Part shown: piece by piece, positions 11,676 to 23,419 of the stretch
Layout: every line of letters starts with the position of its first letter
Numbering within the stretch: the first letter of the stretch is position 1
Assembly (NCBI RefSeq): GCF_055900595.2
Contig: NZ_CM148325.1
Length of the DNA stretch: 64,000 nt
Reading direction: 5' to 3' (one strand)
Notes under the pieces: model-generated
Seen by the model: the letters and a program-made list of their open reading frames with translations, nothing else
Databases searched by the model: none
Told to the model about the DNA's origin: nothing
Position numbers and translations under genes: made by a program

Positions 11676-11858
11676 CGGATGCGGCGTAAACGCCTTATCC
11701 GACCTACGGTTTGCATCGTTGTAGGCCTGATAAGACGCGGCAAGCGTCGCATCAGGCAACGGCAGTCGGATGCGGCGCAGGCGCCTTATCCGACCTACGG
11801 TTTGCATCGTTGCAGGCCTGATAAGACGCGGCAAGCGTCGCATCAGGCATTACAAGGC
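11676..11858. repeat. Tandem pair of about 91-bp REP/BIME units
   Basis: gatgcggcg…cttatccgacctacggtttgcatcgttg[t/c]aggcctgataagacgcggcaagcgtcgcatcaggca occurs twice head-to-tail; ORF-track artefacts on both strands repeat the same peptides (MRRKRLIRPTVCIV…, MRRLPRLIRP…). Confidence 0.8.
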
Positions 11859-11862
11859 GTTG

Positions 11863-12438
11863 TTATTTAATGAACGTAAACGCCGTGGTTACCCGCTTCA
11901 CGCCGCTTACCCGGCTGGCAATATCTGCCGCCGCTTTCGCTTCACGTTCAGTCACCAGCCCCATCAGGAACACTTCACCGTTTTCGGTGGTCACTTTCAC
12001 GTTGGACGATTTCACCAGGTCGCTGGTTAAGAGCTGCGAACGCACTTTGGTGGTGATCCACGTATCGTTAGACGCTTCGCCCAGACCAATCGGCTGGCCC
12101 TGACGAATCTCGTTATACACTTCGTTGGCACCGTCTACGCCCATAGCAATCTGTTTGGCGCGAGCCGAAAGTTCAGCGTTTGGTGACTGCCCAACCAGCA
12201 GCACTTTGCCCTGATAGGCCGTTACATTAATGCGAGCTTCTTTCTTGATTTGTTCGTCTTTCGACAATGCGCTGTTCACGCGCACTTCCAGGGTTCCATC
12301 ATCCACCTGGGTGCCGACACTGCGTGGGTCAGTTGCGGCTTTTGTACCCACAGCCGCGGTGCCCACTACGGCGGCAGCAACGCAACCTTGCAACAGCAGT
12401 GCGGAAATAAGGACTGCGATTGGCGATAATGCCTTCAT
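11863..12438 (-). CDS. dolP: Outer-membrane lipoprotein DolP (YraP), dual BON domain (191 aa)
   Basis: Signal peptide with lipobox LLQGC; translation recognised as YraP. Confidence 0.9.
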   Translation of the reverse strand: MKALSPIAVLISALLLQGCVAAAVVGTAAVGTKAATDPRSVGTQVDDGTLEVRVNSALSKDEQIKKEARINVTAYQGKVLLVGQSPNAELSARAKQIAMGVDGANEVYNEIRQGQPIGLGEASNDTWITTKVRSQLLTSDLVKSSNVKVTTENGEVFLMGLVTEREAKAAADIASRVSGVKRVTTAFTFIK

Positions 12439-12447
12439 GTATTCTCC

Positions 12448-13038
12448 TTAAACATCCTGGTGAGGGAAAAGCGTGTTATCGATCAGATCGCACAAGCAAT
12501 TTACCGTCAGCATATGCATTTCCTGAATGCGAGCACTACGATGCGAAGGAATGCGGATCTCCACATCCTGTGGCCCTAACAACCCTGCAAGTTCACCGCC
12601 GTCATAGCCAGTCAATGCCACAATGGTCATATCACGCGTAACAGCAGCTTCTACTGCTTTTACGATATCGCGGCTGTTGCCACGGGTGGAAATGGCTAAC
12701 AACACATCTCCCGCATGCCCCAGCGCCCGCACCTGTTTTGCATACACTTCATCATGTAAGCGATCGTTGGCAATCGCCGTTAAGACAACATTATCAGTAT
12801 TTAGTGCAATGGCAGGTAAGCTGGGCCGCTCCGTTTCGAAACGGTTGATCATGCTGGCAGCAAAATGCTGTGCATTGGCAGCGGAAGTTCCATTACCACA
12901 ACAGAGGATTTTGTTGCCATTGAGCAGAGACTGAACCAGCGTCATGGCTGCACGGGAGATGGCATCCGGAAGCGCCTCTGCTGCCGCAATTTGAGTTTGA
13001 ATGCTTTCAGTGAAGCAAGCTTTAATTCGTTCTTGCAC
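12448..13038 (-). CDS. diaA: DnaA initiator-associating protein DiaA (SIS domain; 196 aa)
   Basis: Translation recognised as DiaA/YraO. Confidence 0.9.
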
Positions 13039-13057
13039 GCTAATCCTTAAACCTTAA

Positions 13058-13453
13058 TTATGAGTGGTCATTAAAGGCATCCTTAATCCACTCAACTTCA
13101 TTCCCGGTGAAGGCTACCACATCGAACCGGCAATCCACAGTATCAAAACTCCCATTATGACGCGCGAGCCACAAGCGGGCAGTCTGTAATAATTTGTGTT
13201 GTTTGCTGCGGGTCACACTGGCTGCCGCACCACCGTAAAGGGCTGAGCGGCGGTAACGCACCTCGACAAAAACGGTGGTCCTGCCTTCACGCATTATCAG
13301 ATCGATCTCGCCGCCACGCTCGTTCACGTTAGCGGCGACAAACCGCAGTCCTTTGCTCTCCAGCCAGCGACGCGCTTGTGCTTCCCACGCATCGCCGGTC
13401 TGTTTAGTGGTTAACTGGCGGGGACTACCTGACCTTGTTGGTACTGTAGCCAT
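13058..13453 (-). CDS. yraN: UPF0102 family protein YraN (131 aa)
   Basis: Translation recognised as YraN; annotated start overlaps the lpoA 3' end by 43 nt. Confidence 0.8.
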   Translation of the reverse strand: MATVPTRSGSPRQLTTKQTGDAWEAQARRWLESKGLRFVAANVNERGGEIDLIMREGRTTVFVEVRYRRSALYGGAAASVTRSKQHKLLQTARLWLARHNGSFDTVDCRFDVVAFTGNEVEWIKDAFNDHS

Positions 13454-15447
13454 GATAACTTCCTGTTAATTACGCAATCCGGGTTAGCCGTCAGACTTCC
13501 GGTATTACCGTTGATTTCGAAACCCTGAACCTGGCGCATCTGTGAGAAATGATTTGCCAACGACCAGGCATCAACGCCCATCGCATACATGCGAGCCAGC
13601 GAATAATCGTTATTCACCGCACTGAGCGCCTGCTGCATTAATGGCAGATTACCGCCTGCCAGCATCGGGATTTCGCTATATTGCAAACCTTCCATTTCCA
13701 GACGGAAATCCGGACCCGCGGTGCCTTGTGCGCTGCGGGAACTGGCGTACAGCGTTGCACCACTCTGGCTACCGTTACGCATGGCGATCATCGGTTTGAT
13801 AAAAGCGATTTCACCCGGCGTTGCCACAATGTACACCGCATCGACACGACCGCCATTATTGGTGAACTGGTCATCGGTTGGCGTGGTTTGCAGCATTGGA
13901 TTGTTGGTCGTTATGCCTGAATCGGTTGTCGCTCTGGGAGTAATCGGGCTACCGGTTAAAGCGATACCAGAACCACCGTTAACTCCCGCGCGTAATTCGC
14001 TGGTGGAACCAAATTTTTGTTGCAAAACGGTGCCGCCGCCCAGCTTCTGCCACTCTTGCGCAAACGCATTGGCTACGCGATCGCCCAGCGAACTGCGAGG
14101 GATCAGCACCAGTGGCGCTTGTTTACCCTGGTCACGAATATGACGCGCTGCATCGCGCGCTTCGTCTTCCGGTGAAAGCGCGAAGTAACAAATATTGACG
14201 CGGTTTTCGATATTTTCCGGCTGGTTCAGTGCCAGCACGTTCAGCGGGGTGTTGCTTTTCAGTAACTCTTCAACGTTATTTTTCAGCAACGGACCGACCA
14301 CAATACTCGCGCCATCCTGCTGAACCTGGCTTAATATCTGGCTAAGCGGTTGTGATGAGGTATCATAAATTTTCAGCTCTGCGGATGGATTCGCGGGGGC
14401 GCTTACCGCCGCAGTGCTTGCCGCCGGGGCGCTTACAGGCACTGGTTGAGCCGCGGTTTCTTCGCCTGTCAGATCGCTAACCGAGGCTTGTGCCGGGCTG
14501 GCAACGCCGTCAACAGTTTGCTGCAGGGGTTGTTCTGCAACGTCTGCGATTGGTGCGGCAGTTGCCTGTGCCGCCACTGGCTGAGTGCCGATATTTTTCG
14601 CCGCTTCAAAGCCTTGCTGAATAGTGCGACCAAATACCGCTGCCTGGCCATTCAGTGGCAACAGCAGGGCGATTTTGTTGGTTGACGCTGGTTTAAATGC
14701 TTTTACGTTTACCAACTGCGTAGGCAGCATTTTCGCGCCCGGGTTGTTCGGATAACGTTTCTGCCAGTCGGCGATCCCAGCTTTCATCATGCCGGGATCG
14801 TTACGGTTATCAAACCAGACGCGCTGCAGATCAAGCCAGCCTTGCAGAATATTTTCGTCGGCGTTGATCACCAGCGTATTCGCCTGGTCCTGAGTCATGG
14901 AGGAGAGTGCCTGCCATGTAGCATCAATATTCTGTTGCTTTTCTTTCGCGCCGAGCAGGGGTTCCTGAGCAATTAAGGCGCGCAGTAAATCAATGGAAGG
15001 ACGCCCCTGACTGGCATCGATTTTTGCCTGCCAGTAACGCGCCTGCTGGTTTTGATCTAAATCGGCAGGTGTGATTTTCGCCAGCAGGGTTTGTGCGCCA
15101 GCAAAATCTTTCTGCGCCAGCTTAATTTCTACTGCCAGAAGAGTTTTCTCGCGACGCTGGTAATCGTTCAGTTCCTGCGGCAGTTGGTTAAACAGCTCCA
15201 CCGCCTGCCCGGTTTTACCTTCTTTCACCAGTGCACGAATGGCGAGTAATTGCCAGTTGATCCTGGTATCATCAGCGCTTTGCTGCATCTGCTGAAGATA
15301 AAAGGCAGAATCAGCCTGCGCCGTGCCCTGCATATAGGCAGTGGACTGATCGGGAGTATGGGTGCCACAACCGGCGAAAATCAGGGCTGCCAGAACAACA
15401 GGCAGACAACGCGCGGCTTTCAAACGAGAAAATGTTGAGGGTACCAT
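13411..15447 (-). CDS. lpoA: Penicillin-binding protein activator LpoA (678 aa)
   Basis: Lipoprotein signal (LIFAGC) plus TPR-like N-domain; start placed at MVPSTFSRL (15447) rather than the ORF-track ATG at 15477. Confidence 0.9.
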   Translation of the reverse strand: MVPSTFSRLKAARCLPVVLAALIFAGCGTHTPDQSTAYMQGTAQADSAFYLQQMQQSADDTRINWQLLAIRALVKEGKTGQAVELFNQLPQELNDYQRREKTLLAVEIKLAQKDFAGAQTLLAKITPADLDQNQQARYWQAKIDASQGRPSIDLLRALIAQEPLLGAKEKQQNIDATWQALSSMTQDQANTLVINADENILQGWLDLQRVWFDNRNDPGMMKAGIADWQKRYPNNPGAKMLPTQLVNVKAFKPASTNKIALLLPLNGQAAVFGRTIQQGFEAAKNIGTQPVAAQATAAPIADVAEQPLQQTVDGVASPAQASVSDLTGEETAAQPVPVSAPAASTAAVSAPANPSAELKIYDTSSQPLSQILSQVQQDGASIVVGPLLKNNVEELLKSNTPLNVLALNQPENIENRVNICYFALSPEDEARDAARHIRDQGKQAPLVLIPRSSLGDRVANAFAQEWQKLGGGTVLQQKFGSTSELRAGVNGGSGIALTGSPITPRATTDSGITTNNPMLQTTPTDDQFTNNGGRVDAVYIVATPGEIAFIKPMIAMRNGSQSGATLYASSRSAQGTAGPDFRLEMEGLQYSEIPMLAGGNLPLMQQALSAVNNDYSLARMYAMGVDAWSLANHFSQMRQVQGFEINGNTGSLTANPDCVINRKLSWLQYQQGQVVPAS

Positions 15448-15511
15448 AATGTATCCAGTGATATTTTTTTTACGCAATGCTCAATATTAAATCGGCAATA
15501 CGGACGACACA

Positions 15512-16375
15512 ATGAAACAACACCAATCGGCGGATAATTCTCAGGGCCAGCTTTACATTGTACCGACGCCAATCGGCAATCTGGCAGATATCACCCAGCG
15601 TGCGTTGGAGGTTTTACAGGCCGTTGATCTGATTGCCGCCGAGGATACGCGTCATACCGGTTTACTGCTGCAACATTTTGGAATTAACGCCAGGTTGTTC
15701 GCCTTGCACGACCATAACGAACAACAGAAAGCCGAAACGTTACTGGCGAAGCTGCAGGAAGGGCAAAACATTGCGCTGGTGTCCGATGCCGGAACGCCAC
15801 TGATTAACGATCCCGGCTATCATCTGGTGCGTACCTGCCGAGAAGCGGGGATTCGCGTGGTGCCACTACCGGGGCCGTGTGCTGCTATCACTGCATTAAG
15901 TGCTGCGGGTTTACCATCCGATCGTTTTTGTTATGAAGGTTTCCTGCCTGCCAAATCAAAAGGCCGTCGTGATGCGCTAAAAGCCATTGAAGCGGAGCCG
16001 CGTACGCTGATTTTTTATGAATCCACCCACCGTCTGTTAGATAGCCTGGAAGATATCGTTGCTGTGCTGGGTGAGTCCCGTTACGTGGTGCTGGCGCGTG
16101 AGCTCACCAAAACCTGGGAAACCATTCACGGCGCGCCCGTTGGCGAGCTGCTGGCGTGGGTCAAAGAAGATGAAAACCGTCGCAAAGGTGAAATGGTGCT
16201 GATTGTTGAAGGCCATAAAGCACAGGAAGAAGACTTACCTGCCGATGCCCTGCGCACGCTGGCGTTGTTACAGGCTGAGCTTCCGCTGAAGAAAGCGGCG
16301 GCGCTGGCAGCAGAGATTCACGGCGTGAAAAAAAACGCGCTGTATAAGTATGCGCTGGAACAGCAGGGGGAGTGA
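15512..16375 (+). CDS. rsmI: 16S rRNA (cytidine1402-2'-O)-methyltransferase RsmI
   Basis: Translation recognised as YraL/RsmI; divergent from lpoA. Confidence 0.9.
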
Positions 16376-16380
16376 TTACA

Positions 16381-16411
16381 GGCGTCGCAGCAAGAATAGA
16401 GCTGCAACGCC
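16381..16411. other. Imperfect hairpin between convergent rsmI and agaI
   Basis: ggcgtcgcagc (16381-16391) / gctgcaacgcc (16401-16411), one mismatch; no flanking U-run, so not a canonical intrinsic terminator. Confidence 0.4.
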
Positions 16412-16424
16412 TACACCGGGCGAT

Positions 16425-17192
16425 TTAACGACGACACATCTCATCAATCATGCATGTGAAATAGTTATGCAGCCATAAAAACGAAGCCGGGATAGCGGTA
16501 GAGACTTTAGCCGTGAGAAAACGTTCTGTCGCATCCTGCTTTCCTTCGCCAGTTATCAGTAACAAAACTTCGCGGGCATTGAGAATATCCTTCAGGCCTA
16601 AAGTGATCCCACGAGTCACGGGGCGACCCGCGGTTTTTAACATCTCATGTTGTTGCGTTCTGGTATCAAGCTGGCTGATATGGCTTGCTGGTTGCAGACT
16701 TTCTCCCGGTTCGTTCAGCCCAAGATGGCCGTTTTTTCCCAATCCGAGAACGCATAAATCCAGACCGCCTTTGCGCGCAATCAGGTTCGTTACCCGTTCG
16801 CACTCTGTCTCATTTATCTCTTCAGAGCGAAAGCTGATGAGCTGGTCTTCACGTAGCCCCAGCGGCTGCACGATATGCTGTTGAAGGAAAGTTTCGCAGG
16901 TGCCAGGCATCGTTAATGGCAGATCCACCCATTCGTCGAGCTTCACGAAGGTCAGTTGGCTGACATCAACCTGCTGCTGGTGGATTTTTTCTACCAGATA
17001 ATGATACGTCAGTAATGGCGTGGCTCCGGTCGCCAGGCAAATCACGGCATCCGGTTTGCTACGGATCACGGCCAATAAATATTCGCTGGCACGTTCACTT
17101 AACGCCGTATAGTTTTCAACTTGTTGAAGGGTTTGCACAGGATGAAATTCCTTTAGTAAAGAGGCACCACCAGACGCAGTGCCTCGTTCCAT
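16425..17192 (-). CDS. agaI: Putative galactosamine-6-phosphate deaminase/isomerase AgaI (NagB family)
   Basis: Translation recognised as AgaI; start codon uncertain (ORF-track start used). Confidence 0.85.
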   Translation of the reverse strand: MERGTASGGASLLKEFHPVQTLQQVENYTALSERASEYLLAVIRSKPDAVICLATGATPLLTYHYLVEKIHQQQVDVSQLTFVKLDEWVDLPLTMPGTCETFLQQHIVQPLGLREDQLISFRSEEINETECERVTNLIARKGGLDLCVLGLGKNGHLGLNEPGESLQPASHISQLDTRTQQHEMLKTAGRPVTRGITLGLKDILNAREVLLLITGEGKQDATERFLTAKVSTAIPASFLWLHNYFTCMIDEMCRR

Positions 17193-17984
17193 TTACAAAA
17201 TGCCGAATGCGGAACAAACAATAGAGAGCACAAAAGTCACGCCGATTAACAGCACCGGATGCGCTTTTTTCACCCGCAGGAAGTAATACATCAGCAGGGT
17301 GTAGGCCATCGGTAAAATGTTCGGGAAGACTTTATCGAAGAAATCCTGCTGCAGCGCGACGCTGTGGGTACTGTCGATGGCAAACGATGTCACCACGTTA
17401 ATATGCACATACGAAGCGATCAGCCCGCCGATTACCGTGATCCCGAGGATGGTTGCCGAACGAGCAATCATCTGCGAGTTCTCTCGCACTTTATCGATCG
17501 CCTTCACGCCGACTGAATAACCGACGTGGGTCCAGCCGACGCGCAGGAAGAAGATAAGCAGGTAAACGGCGAAAAATAGAATCGGCCCCAGCAAGTTTCC
17601 CTGGCTGGCAAATGATGAGCAAATTCCCGCCATAATCGGCAATAAGGTAAACCAGAAAATCGCATCGCCAATCCCGGCGATTGGGCCAAACAGTGCCACT
17701 TTGAGGCCTTTAATGGTGTCGCGGTTTTCTCCTTTTTCTTCCATCGAAATTAATAACCCCATCAGGAATCCGACCAGATTCGGGTGGGTATTAATAAATT
17801 CGAGATTATCTTTCATCGCCGCGCTTAGGCCCGGTTTGTCGTCCTTATAAATCTTTTTCAGGATCGGCAACATCGCCCAGGTAAAACCTCCCGCCTGCAT
17901 CCTTTCGTAGTTAAAGCTCGCTTGCAGGAGTGACGAACGAAAGCCCAGACGGGTGATATCTTTTTTACTGATTTCAGATCCCAT
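17193..17984 (-). CDS. agaD: PTS mannose-family EIID component for N-acetylgalactosamine (263 aa)
   Basis: Translation recognised as AgaD; start at MGSEISKK (17984). Confidence 0.9.
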   Translation of the reverse strand: MGSEISKKDITRLGFRSSLLQASFNYERMQAGGFTWAMLPILKKIYKDDKPGLSAAMKDNLEFINTHPNLVGFLMGLLISMEEKGENRDTIKGLKVALFGPIAGIGDAIFWFTLLPIMAGICSSFASQGNLLGPILFFAVYLLIFFLRVGWTHVGYSVGVKAIDKVRENSQMIARSATILGITVIGGLIASYVHINVVTSFAIDSTHSVALQQDFFDKVFPNILPMAYTLLMYYFLRVKKAHPVLLIGVTFVLSIVCSAFGIL

Positions 17985-18777
17985 TGCTGTAGTCCTCTTC
18001 TTCATTTTTACTGGCAACGGGCTGCGGTTGCGCTTGCTGCCGGGATTTCGCATTGAAAAACTCATACACCGCAAAGCCTGCACCCAGTACGGCAACTGGC
18101 AACAGGTTGCTGACCTGGATGTAGCAAACAAACAAGAAACCGGCGATCAGGTAAGGGATATATTGCGCTTTGAACATCACGCGCAGCAGCAGGCCAAAAC
18201 CAACGGCAGGCAGAATGCCGCCAGCCACTTCAAAGCCGTGGGTCAGCCAGGCGGGCATCGCTTTCACCAGCGCCTGCATCGCCCCTTGCGCCAGGTAAGT
18301 ACAGAGGAAAGCAATCACCGCATACGCTGAAGCGACGATGAGCATCGTTGTCCAGTTAAGTCGGGAAAACGCTGCTGTATCCGCCTCTTTCGCACATTTA
18401 TCGGCTTTGGTCATAAATAATGAGAATGCCGAATAGAAGAACAGAATGACGTACTGCATTAACAAACTAAACGGCAGACCAAGGCCAATTGCCGTTTTGG
18501 CATCGACGCCAGTAGACCACGCAATGACGGTAGTCATCAGACCCGCCATAATTGGGTTGGGCGGCTGTACACCACCTGCGGGGGTTAATCCGGCGAAAGC
18601 CAGTTCTGTTAGGCCACCGGTAATTAAGCCAGTCTGAATATCACCGAGAATAGCACCTGTAAGGGTACAAACGATTATCGGGCGGAATAAAAATAAGGCT
18701 TCCAGCCAAAAATCAATCCCCAGAACGAAAACTAACGCCGCCAGGGATAATCCCTGAATTAGGGTTATTTCATGCAT
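17974..18777 (-). CDS. agaC: PTS mannose-family EIIC component for N-acetylgalactosamine (267 aa)
   Basis: Translation recognised as AgaC; overlaps agaD start by 11 nt. Confidence 0.9.
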   Translation of the reverse strand: MHEITLIQGLSLAALVFVLGIDFWLEALFLFRPIIVCTLTGAILGDIQTGLITGGLTELAFAGLTPAGGVQPPNPIMAGLMTTVIAWSTGVDAKTAIGLGLPFSLLMQYVILFFYSAFSLFMTKADKCAKEADTAAFSRLNWTTMLIVASAYAVIAFLCTYLAQGAMQALVKAMPAWLTHGFEVAGGILPAVGFGLLLRVMFKAQYIPYLIAGFLFVCYIQVSNLLPVAVLGAGFAVYEFFNAKSRQQAQPQPVASKNEEEDYSNGI

Positions 18778-18816
18778 TTTTATTACCTCAAACCAGTATT
18801 AAGGCGATTTTTGAAT

Positions 18817-19293
18817 TTAGTCAGGGATTTGTTCTTTTTGATCGCCGGGGACGTCCTGAATAAAAATATTCACACCGCGTTGTTTAATAAAGCGTAAGTC
18901 CGCGAGATCTTGATCGTCGATATAAACTTTACTGCTGATTTGCTTTTTACCTTCCGAGAAATGCATATTGCCGACGTTGACATCTTTCAGGTCAATGCCA
19001 CCTTCTATCAATTTACGTACCGTTTGCGGCGTACGGCAAATCAAGAAGATTTTCTGATGCGGTGCAGCTTTGCCGATGACGTTAATGGTTTTTTCGATAG
19101 TAAAGAAACGAATGCCAAAGCCGTAGGTTTCCGCGGTAATACCCATTAATTTTTGTTGAATATCATCGTTAGCGACAACATCATCCACGACTACCAGCAG
19201 ATTTGCACCGATGGTAGATGTCCAGGTCACACCAACCTGACCGTGAACCAGACGGTTATCAATACGGGTTAAGAGAATATTTGGACTGCTCAT
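18817..19293 (-). CDS. agaB: PTS mannose-family EIIB component (158 aa)
   Basis: Phosphorylatable His context RIDNRLVHGQV in translation. Confidence 0.9.
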   Translation of the reverse strand: MSSPNILLTRIDNRLVHGQVGVTWTSTIGANLLVVVDDVVANDDIQQKLMGITAETYGFGIRFFTIEKTINVIGKAAPHQKIFLICRTPQTVRKLIEGGIDLKDVNVGNMHFSEGKKQISSKVYIDDQDLADLRFIKQRGVNIFIQDVPGDQKEQIPD

Positions 19294-19459
19294 TGTGTAA
19301 TCCTCACCATAAAGTTGAATAATATAATTTTTTTAAATATATTATTGTTGCGATATTTTACTGATGTATTTATTAAGGTTTAGTTATCTCCTTTACCATT
19401 AAGGCACTCCCCGATATTAATCGGGAAGTACATTGGGATAAATCATAAAAAACTAATGA

Positions 19460-20332
<873 letters not shown>

Positions 20333-21487
20333 TTATGCCTGCCACGGATGAATGATTACGCCTTGCACCACACGGTTAACGGTGCCGCTGGCTGATGGGG
20401 TATCCGGCGTATTGCCCATGTGCAGCGACTGCATCAGTGCAAACGTCTGGGCGTACATCAGGAAGCAAAATGCCTGCTCAACGTCGATAAAGTGACGTGA
20501 CGGCGGCAGGATGATATGTGGACCGGCGGTAATAACGTCGTTGCCTTCCGCGGCGATGGCGATTACGCGCATTGCCTGGTTGTCACGGCGGAGTTCTGCC
20601 AGCAGATCAAGATCATACTGACGCGTATAGGGGTGGCTGGAGACAAACACCACCACCAGCGTTTCGTCATCGACCAGTGATTTAGGCCCATGACGGAATC
20701 CGGTCGGGGAATCATAAAAGGCCGCCAGTTTACCCGCCGTCAGTTCCAGTACTTTCAGCGCCGACTCGCGTGCTGCGCCCTGTAAGCCACCGCTGCCGAG
20801 ATAAACGATCCGTTTCCACGGTGCGTAACCAAACACACCTTCGCTGAAATCGCCCAGTGAGGTCAGGATCGCCTGGCAACGATCCGCTACGTCGCGGAAG
20901 GTCTGGCTATTGATTGTCTCAGGTGCGAAAACCGCGAGGCAGCTGGCCATCATAGTGGTAATGCTGCTTGTCATCGCAAAGCCGCGATCGTGCGTTTCTG
21001 CGGGCATCAGCAGGGCAAACGCGTTGTCGCTGTTGATCGCGTTTTGGTAAAGAGCGCCCGCTTCGTTGCAGGTGATCGGCAGGTGATAGCATTCCGGTAC
21101 AAACTGATTCGCCAGTTCCACGGCGGCGACGCTTTCCGGGCTGTTGCCAGATCGACCGAAGGAGATCAACAGCAGTGGATGCGCTGGGTTCAGGTATTCC
21201 ATTGGATTGGTGACCAGATCGGTGGTCGGTACGGCGCTGACGTTTTTGCCGGTATGGCTGGCAAGCCACGGCGCGATGATGTCACCGATAAATGCCGAGG
21301 TTCCGGCTCCGGTCAGAATGATCCGCAGATTCTCTTTGCGCAGTAACGGTTCAAGGAAGTTATTGAGAGCTGTACGTAACGCGTCGATGTTGGTGAGTGA
21401 ACGGATCCATGCGCGAGGCTGATGGCGGATCTCTTCTTCAGTCCATGTGCCGGTGGTGGCGGCCGCTGGGGTGTAATTTTCTGGCAT
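20333..21487 (-). CDS. agaS: SIS-domain sugar isomerase/deaminase AgaS (384 aa)
   Basis: Translation recognised as AgaS. Confidence 0.9.
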   Translation of the reverse strand: MPENYTPAAATTGTWTEEEIRHQPRAWIRSLTNIDALRTALNNFLEPLLRKENLRIILTGAGTSAFIGDIIAPWLASHTGKNVSAVPTTDLVTNPMEYLNPAHPLLLISFGRSGNSPESVAAVELANQFVPECYHLPITCNEAGALYQNAINSDNAFALLMPAETHDRGFAMTSSITTMMASCLAVFAPETINSQTFRDVADRCQAILTSLGDFSEGVFGYAPWKRIVYLGSGGLQGAARESALKVLELTAGKLAAFYDSPTGFRHGPKSLVDDETLVVVFVSSHPYTRQYDLDLLAELRRDNQAMRVIAIAAEGNDVITAGPHIILPPSRHFIDVEQAFCFLMYAQTFALMQSLHMGNTPDTPSASGTVNRVVQGVIIHPWQA

Positions 21488-21837
21488 AACTCAATCCTTA
21501 GTCTGATGAACTTGACTTCCGGCATTGCAGGTTTCGCTTGCCTTTCGTTTCATTTCACTTGGTGATTCGTTTCGTTGATTAAAATCTATAGAAAAGAAAT
21601 CGAAAGTTCAATGGAGAAAAAAGAAATAAAACGAAATTTGTGATCGTTGAAAGAAAAGACAAGGGAAGATTAAAGGATTGCGTGATGACGTCGCTATGTG
21701 TACCGATTGCTGGAAGCGGCGTACCGTAGAGCGGATAAGACGCGCCAGCGTCGCATTCGACACCACTGCACAGATTAAAACGAAAGAAAAAGAAAGGCCT
21801 TACGGGGGAAGTGAAGGCCCAATAAAGGAGCAAACCA
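21488..21837. promoter_or_regulatory. agaS promoter region with AgaR-type operator repeats and a REP remnant
   Basis: Multiple CTTTCGTTTC / AACGAAA motifs (cctttcgtttcatttcac; gaaatcgaaagttc; aaataaaacgaaattt) consistent with DeoR-type AgaR operators; REP-like ggataagacgcgccagcgtcgcat near 21733-21760. Confidence 0.5.
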
Positions 21838-22971
21838 TCAAAACGAAGCTAATTGACCCTGAATCCAGATTTGTTGCACATACAGTCCGCTATTCAGCGC
21901 AACGACGCTGGCGCGTTTGCCCGGTTTAAGTGATCCCAGAACACCATCAACACCCAGCATTCGCGCCGGATGCAGCGATGCCATATGGATGGCTTCCGCA
22001 GGCGTTACGCCCGTCAACTCGACCATGTTGCGCACTGCCGCATCGACAGACAGCGTACTGCCCGCCAGCCCACCGGACGCGGTACGGACAACGCCACCGC
22101 GCATCTGCACTTCTTCACCACATAACGTATATTGACCATCCGGCATCCCGGCTGCCTGCATCGCATCAGTTATCAGCACTATTCTCTCTTTCGCACAGCA
22201 ACAACACAGCGACATCGCCGCCGGATGTACATGATGCCCATCGGCTATCAATTCCAGCCAGGCGCGCTTGTCCGTTAAACCCGCGCCAACCATTCCCGGT
22301 TCGCGGTGATGTAATCCTGTCATCCCGTTATAGCAATGCACCAGGCCGTCTGCGCCAGCATCAAATACGGCGCGGGTTTGTTGCCAGGTTGCTGCGCTAT
22401 GTCCCAGCATTACCCGCACGTTCTGCTGTTTAAGATGACGAATGGCTTGTAACGCGCCCGTTTTTTCCGGTGCCAGCGCCACCACGCGCAAGGTATGCCG
22501 TGAAACAGCAATCAATTGATCCAGCTCGGCAATTTCCAGCTCGCGAAACAGCTCCGGCGGATGTGCGCCTTTATTCTGCGGCGTGAAGTACGGTCCTTCG
22601 AGATAACTCCCCAGCACTTGCGCACCAGGTCCACCGCGCTGGCAGCGTAGAGCAATACGTTCCAGCGCCGCATGAATGGTATTAAGCGGCGCGGTTACGG
22701 TAGTCGGCAACCAACTGCCGACACCTTCCCGTGCCTTGTGCATTGCCAGCTTGTCGAGCACATCCGGCGCGTCATCCATAACATCAACGCCCGCACCACC
22801 GTGTACATGGGTATCGATATAAGCGGGGCAGAGCAGTTCCGCATCGCGTTCAGTCACGCCCACTGGAATCGGTTCGATTGCTGCAATTACACCGTCAGCA
22901 ATATGCAACTGATGATCATCAAGCCAGCCCTCCTCAGTCAGCAGTCTTCTGGCGCGCAGAACGTGTGTCAT
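21838..22971 (-). CDS. agaA: N-acetylgalactosamine-6-phosphate deacetylase AgaA, full length (377 aa)
   Basis: NagA-family metal-binding motif (YIDTHVHGGAG) in translation; start at MTHVLRARR (22971). Confidence 0.85.
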   Translation of the reverse strand: MTHVLRARRLLTEEGWLDDHQLHIADGVIAAIEPIPVGVTERDAELLCPAYIDTHVHGGAGVDVMDDAPDVLDKLAMHKAREGVGSWLPTTVTAPLNTIHAALERIALRCQRGGPGAQVLGSYLEGPYFTPQNKGAHPPELFRELEIAELDQLIAVSRHTLRVVALAPEKTGALQAIRHLKQQNVRVMLGHSAATWQQTRAVFDAGADGLVHCYNGMTGLHHREPGMVGAGLTDKRAWLELIADGHHVHPAAMSLCCCCAKERIVLITDAMQAAGMPDGQYTLCGEEVQMRGGVVRTASGGLAGSTLSVDAAVRNMVELTGVTPAEAIHMASLHPARMLGVDGVLGSLKPGKRASVVALNSGLYVQQIWIQGQLASF

Positions 22972-23402
22972 ATTCCTTCCTCGACCGGACATTCTTCATG
23001 GCAGCGGCCTAACTCGTCTACCAGACTGGTCAGCCCACGGTGTCCACACTCCAGCGCCTGCACACGGAATTCTTCACCGCTTAACCCTTCGCGCTCCAGC
23101 ACCATTTCCAGTAACAGTTGCAAATTGGTGCCGGTGATCACTTCATAGCCCGGTTTTTGCATCGCCAGCGTTGAAGCCACGCGAAACGGTGTGCCGCCCA
23201 GCAAATCTGTCAGAAAAACAATGCCGTCTTCACAATCCAGTTGGGCGATGGCTTCTTCAAGCTGCGATGTAAGCAGCGCAGTGCTTGAGGTTTCCGGAAA
23301 ATCAATGGCGATAAACTGCGACTGCTCGCCGAGGATTTGCTTCATTGCTTTTTCCATGCCGCTGGCAAATCCGCCATGCCCTGTCAAAATAATACTTAAC
23401 AT
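22968..23402 (-). CDS. agaF: PTS mannose-family EIIA component (144 aa)
   Basis: Translation recognised as AgaF; overlaps agaA start. Confidence 0.85.
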   Translation of the reverse strand: MLSIILTGHGGFASGMEKAMKQILGEQSQFIAIDFPETSSTALLTSQLEEAIAQLDCEDGIVFLTDLLGGTPFRVASTLAMQKPGYEVITGTNLQLLLEMVLEREGLSGEEFRVQALECGHRGLTSLVDELGRCHEECPVEEGI

Positions 23403-23419
23403 CTAATACCTCATTGTAT

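Noticed and set aside
10890-11843. 317-aa minus-strand ORF across yraQ and the REP array
   Set aside because: Antisense to yraQ and runs into REP repeats (its N-terminus repeats the REP-encoded peptide); not a gene.
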